Below are positions 8,026 through 10,000 of a DNA stretch of 10,000 bases, piece by piece. Every line of letters starts with the position of its first letter. Position 1 is the first letter of the stretch. The stretch covers positions 50,099 to 60,098 of the forward strand of contig NW_027122668.1 of the NCBI RefSeq assembly GCF_030686945.1. The letters run 5' to 3'. The notes under the pieces are model-generated. The model was not told where the DNA came from, did no database searches, and was given only the letters and a program-made list of their open reading frames with translations. This stretch comes from Centruroides vittatus. Taxonomy: Eukaryota. Both the position numbers and the translations under genes were made by a program.

Positions 8026-8106
8026 CTTGATGGCTGAATGGTCGAAGCGATTATAGTACTTGCCACTTCCTATATCTGGAGGATTCGGGTTCGAGTTTGA
8101 GTGGCA
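8026..8106 (+). mobile_element. Second, more degraded copy of the same tRNA-like SINE head, in the opposite orientation
   Basis: GATGGCTGAATGGTCGAAGCG...GGATTCGGGTTCGAGTTTGAGTGGCAAAA compares with the minus strand of 7255-7326, GATGGCCGAGCGGTCAAGGTG...GGATCCGAGATCGAATCCGGACAGATCGGCAAA. Confidence 0.35.
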
Positions 8107-8672
8107 AAATATTATATTTCTCATTATTCAGCTGCTCTGTATTGAATTTGTCACAGTGTTGGGCATGTAAAATAGTCCTTATATTTCATATAAGACAGAA
8201 AAACTTCATGAAATATATTTTTAAAATAAATCTCATACATTATGTATTTCTTATAATTCAACGTTCAAATGATATGAAAAGATTTAATTATTAATTGAAT
8301 AAGTATGTTAATATTTATTTTAAAATATTTATTTAGGTTTTGTACTTTTTCTTGGAATTTATTTGATCATTGGATACGGAGCAGAATTTGTCTGCAATTT
8401 TTCTGCAATCATCTATCCGATTTATTCTTCGTAAATATGATTTTTTTTCATTTTATGTATTCATAATAAGTCATAAATACTATACTATAATTTATAAATA
8501 ATAAGTGTTTTTTTATTTAAATTTTTAAGTGATTGTTCTAACATATTATGACTAATAGCGCAAAAGACCAGATGGTCGAGCTCAACTGCTGCTCCGGGGT
8601 CTAAAACCAAATTGTTTCCTCATTATAAATTCGATTAGACCCACAATGGGGACAACACGACATATATAGGTT

Positions 8673-8999
8673 AAACCATCCTTTGAATTTTTTGGGTAGA
8701 CACAAACGTGAATCTGAATCTCTCGGGATTGTAAAGGTAAGGCAACGCAATACCTGGGCGATCTGCCAATGGGTAATGACTCCCGAGAAGAGAAGACTTT
8801 GAAGATGAAAAACTGGCTACTACATAAGTATTATACACGTGAAGAAAACTCCACGTGGCCAATCCATTAGTCAGCTGTTATCTACCAGTGTTCATGGGTT
8901 TTATCCACTCGGCCATTGACAGGGTCTCGTGAATCTCTCAGAGGAGTAAGCTAGGTCAACGCCATTTCCTTTATTGGATATAAAATCAAAGGATGGTTT
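8673..8999. mobile_element. MITE-like unit of about 327 bp bounded by 14 bp perfect inverted repeats AAACCATCCTTTGA / TCAAAGGATGGTTT, with internal short inverted and direct repeats
   Basis: 8673-8686 aaaccatcctttga is the exact reverse complement of 8986-8999. The match extends imperfectly by about 5 bp. Internal repeats include CGTGAATCTC at 8707 and 8927, and the inverted pair CTCGGGA / TCCCGAG at 8719 and 8779. There are no ORFs. Confidence 0.35.
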
Positions 9000-9182
9000 T
9001 GTTACGGTCTATCTCCTCCAATGCTTCATATTATTGATTCTAATTCATTTAACCGATATTTAAATTTATGTTCATTGTCTTCGTGTATCAGTTGAAAGTA
9101 TTTATATTTATCCATTTGTCGTCTTGTTATACTTTGTAGAGTAAAATCGATAGAACAAGAAAATATAGAAGAATCGAAAAGA

Positions 9183-9275
9183 ATGTTAATGTTTTGGACA
9201 ATTTTTGGATGGCTTTATTTTCTGGAACGTATCTCTTTTTTCTCCAGATTCATTCGTTATTATTGGATTCTCAAG
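9183..9275 (+). CDS. Candidate coding exon 1 (31 codons, MLMFWTIFGWLYFLERISFFSRFIRYYWILK) ending at a GTAATC donor. This is speculative.
   Basis: aaagaATG start context. The ORF ends exactly at AAG|gtaatc. A 69 nt intron with a pyrimidine tract and ttatttcag acceptor follows. Confidence 0.2.
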
Positions 9276-9344
9276 GTAATCCATTTGTATTTTAAAATTT
9301 AATGATTTGTTTTGAAGTTAAAATTTCATTTCTATTTATTTCAG

Positions 9345-9444
9345 ATGGTTTTTCTGTTGCTTTGTTTTGTACCTATACCAAATAATTTATCCGATTACTT
9401 TATTCAGATCGTTGATAATGTTAAAACATATTTAAATGATACAG
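9345..9444 (+). CDS. Candidate coding exon 2 (MVFLLLCFVPIPNNLSDYFIQIVDNVKTYLNDT-G), in frame with exon 1 and ending at a GTAAAA donor. This is speculative.
   Basis: It continues in frame from 9275 across a 69 nt intron. The exon is 100 nt (phase 1) and a strong donor follows at 9445. The T-rich sequence composition could create this hydrophobic ORF by chance. Confidence 0.2.
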
Positions 9445-10000
9445 GTAAAAACGCTGCTACGCGGAAAACCTCTTCGGAGGCTCAATAATTTTTGTTTAAA
9501 ACTTAAGAAATAAGAATAAAATTTGAGTAAAAATATAAAAAATAATCATATACAGTCCAACTTCGGGTTACGAACGCCCCTGTTTACGAACAAAGTTTTG
9601 AACGCCATATTTTTCTCCGATTTACATGCGATAACTCGGTTTCCGAACAAGCTACTCGGCAAGAGCCAGCTGGCACAGATTAGAGAAGCACAGATAGTCA
9701 ATTCTTTATACTTTCCAGGGATGGGAGGATGTGCCTATGCTCTTATTAATGAAATGTGTGCAAAATGAAGTAAAGTGCAGAGTTTTGTTGAAAGGTATCA
9801 CCCTGATAAGGCAGTAGCAAGCCGTGTCATTAACCTTTTCAAATAACAATGCTATGTCTCACTTCTGTAACATTGCAAAACGTAGACAAAAGCAAAATTT
9901 CATTAGATAAATTTTTTATAAAAAAAAAAAAGCTCTAATGAATCCCAGGCAGAATCGGCTAGTGAGAAGCAGAAAATCCAAAAGGTAAGACAAACACTCC

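Noticed and set aside
8097-9768. ORFs 8097-8294, 8671-8862 (-) and 9523-9768
   Set aside because: They are short, AT-driven (F/I/L/K/N/Y-rich) or lie across repeat boundaries. They have no motifs and no splice-consistent structure, apart from the separate 9183-9444 candidate.
1-10000. Prokaryotic-style systems such as CRISPR arrays, operons, defence islands or RBS-led ORFs
   Set aside because: There are no regularly spaced direct repeats and no contiguous long ORFs or Shine-Dalgarno-led gene arrays. The sequence shows eukaryotic intron/exon signals and eukaryotic TE families.

Overview
This window reads as AT-rich eukaryotic genomic DNA, most likely from an insect. Coding potential is fragmented, intron/exon signatures are present, and there are no prokaryotic operons or CRISPR arrays. 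I did not find a novel biological system. The window is the 3' end of a host gene followed by intergenic or intronic DNA carrying several transposable elements. Content from start to end: (1) The last coding exon of a CRAL-TRIO / alpha-tocopherol-transfer-protein-like (SEC14-like) gene lies at 676-843 (+). It follows an intron and is followed by a short 3'UTR. (2) A decayed, roughly 2 kb Tc1-like (IS630-Tc1-mariner superfamily) DNA transposon lies at about 946-2926, immediately after the host gene's ATTAAA signal. It carries two partially overlapping transposase pseudogene fragments that appear as duplicated DNA in both copies. (3) A 1997 bp non-autonomous hAT-family element lies at 4452-6448. 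It has perfect 14 bp TIRs (CAGTGGCGTGCCGT) and a perfect 8 bp target-site duplication (TAAGGCAT). It retains only the C-terminal dimerisation domain of its transposase, and it carries a GC-rich segment ending in an A24 tract. (4) Two degraded copies of a tRNA-derived SINE-like sequence sit in opposite orientations at about 7255-7326 (-) and 8026-8106 (+). (5) A roughly 330 bp MITE-like unit bounded by 14 bp perfect inverted repeats lies at 8673-8999. (6) Several low-confidence candidate short exons are present at 4013-4051 and at 9183-9275 plus 9345-9444. (7) There are also local tandem and motif repeats. All protein-similarity statements come from recall of family consensus motifs, not from database searches.
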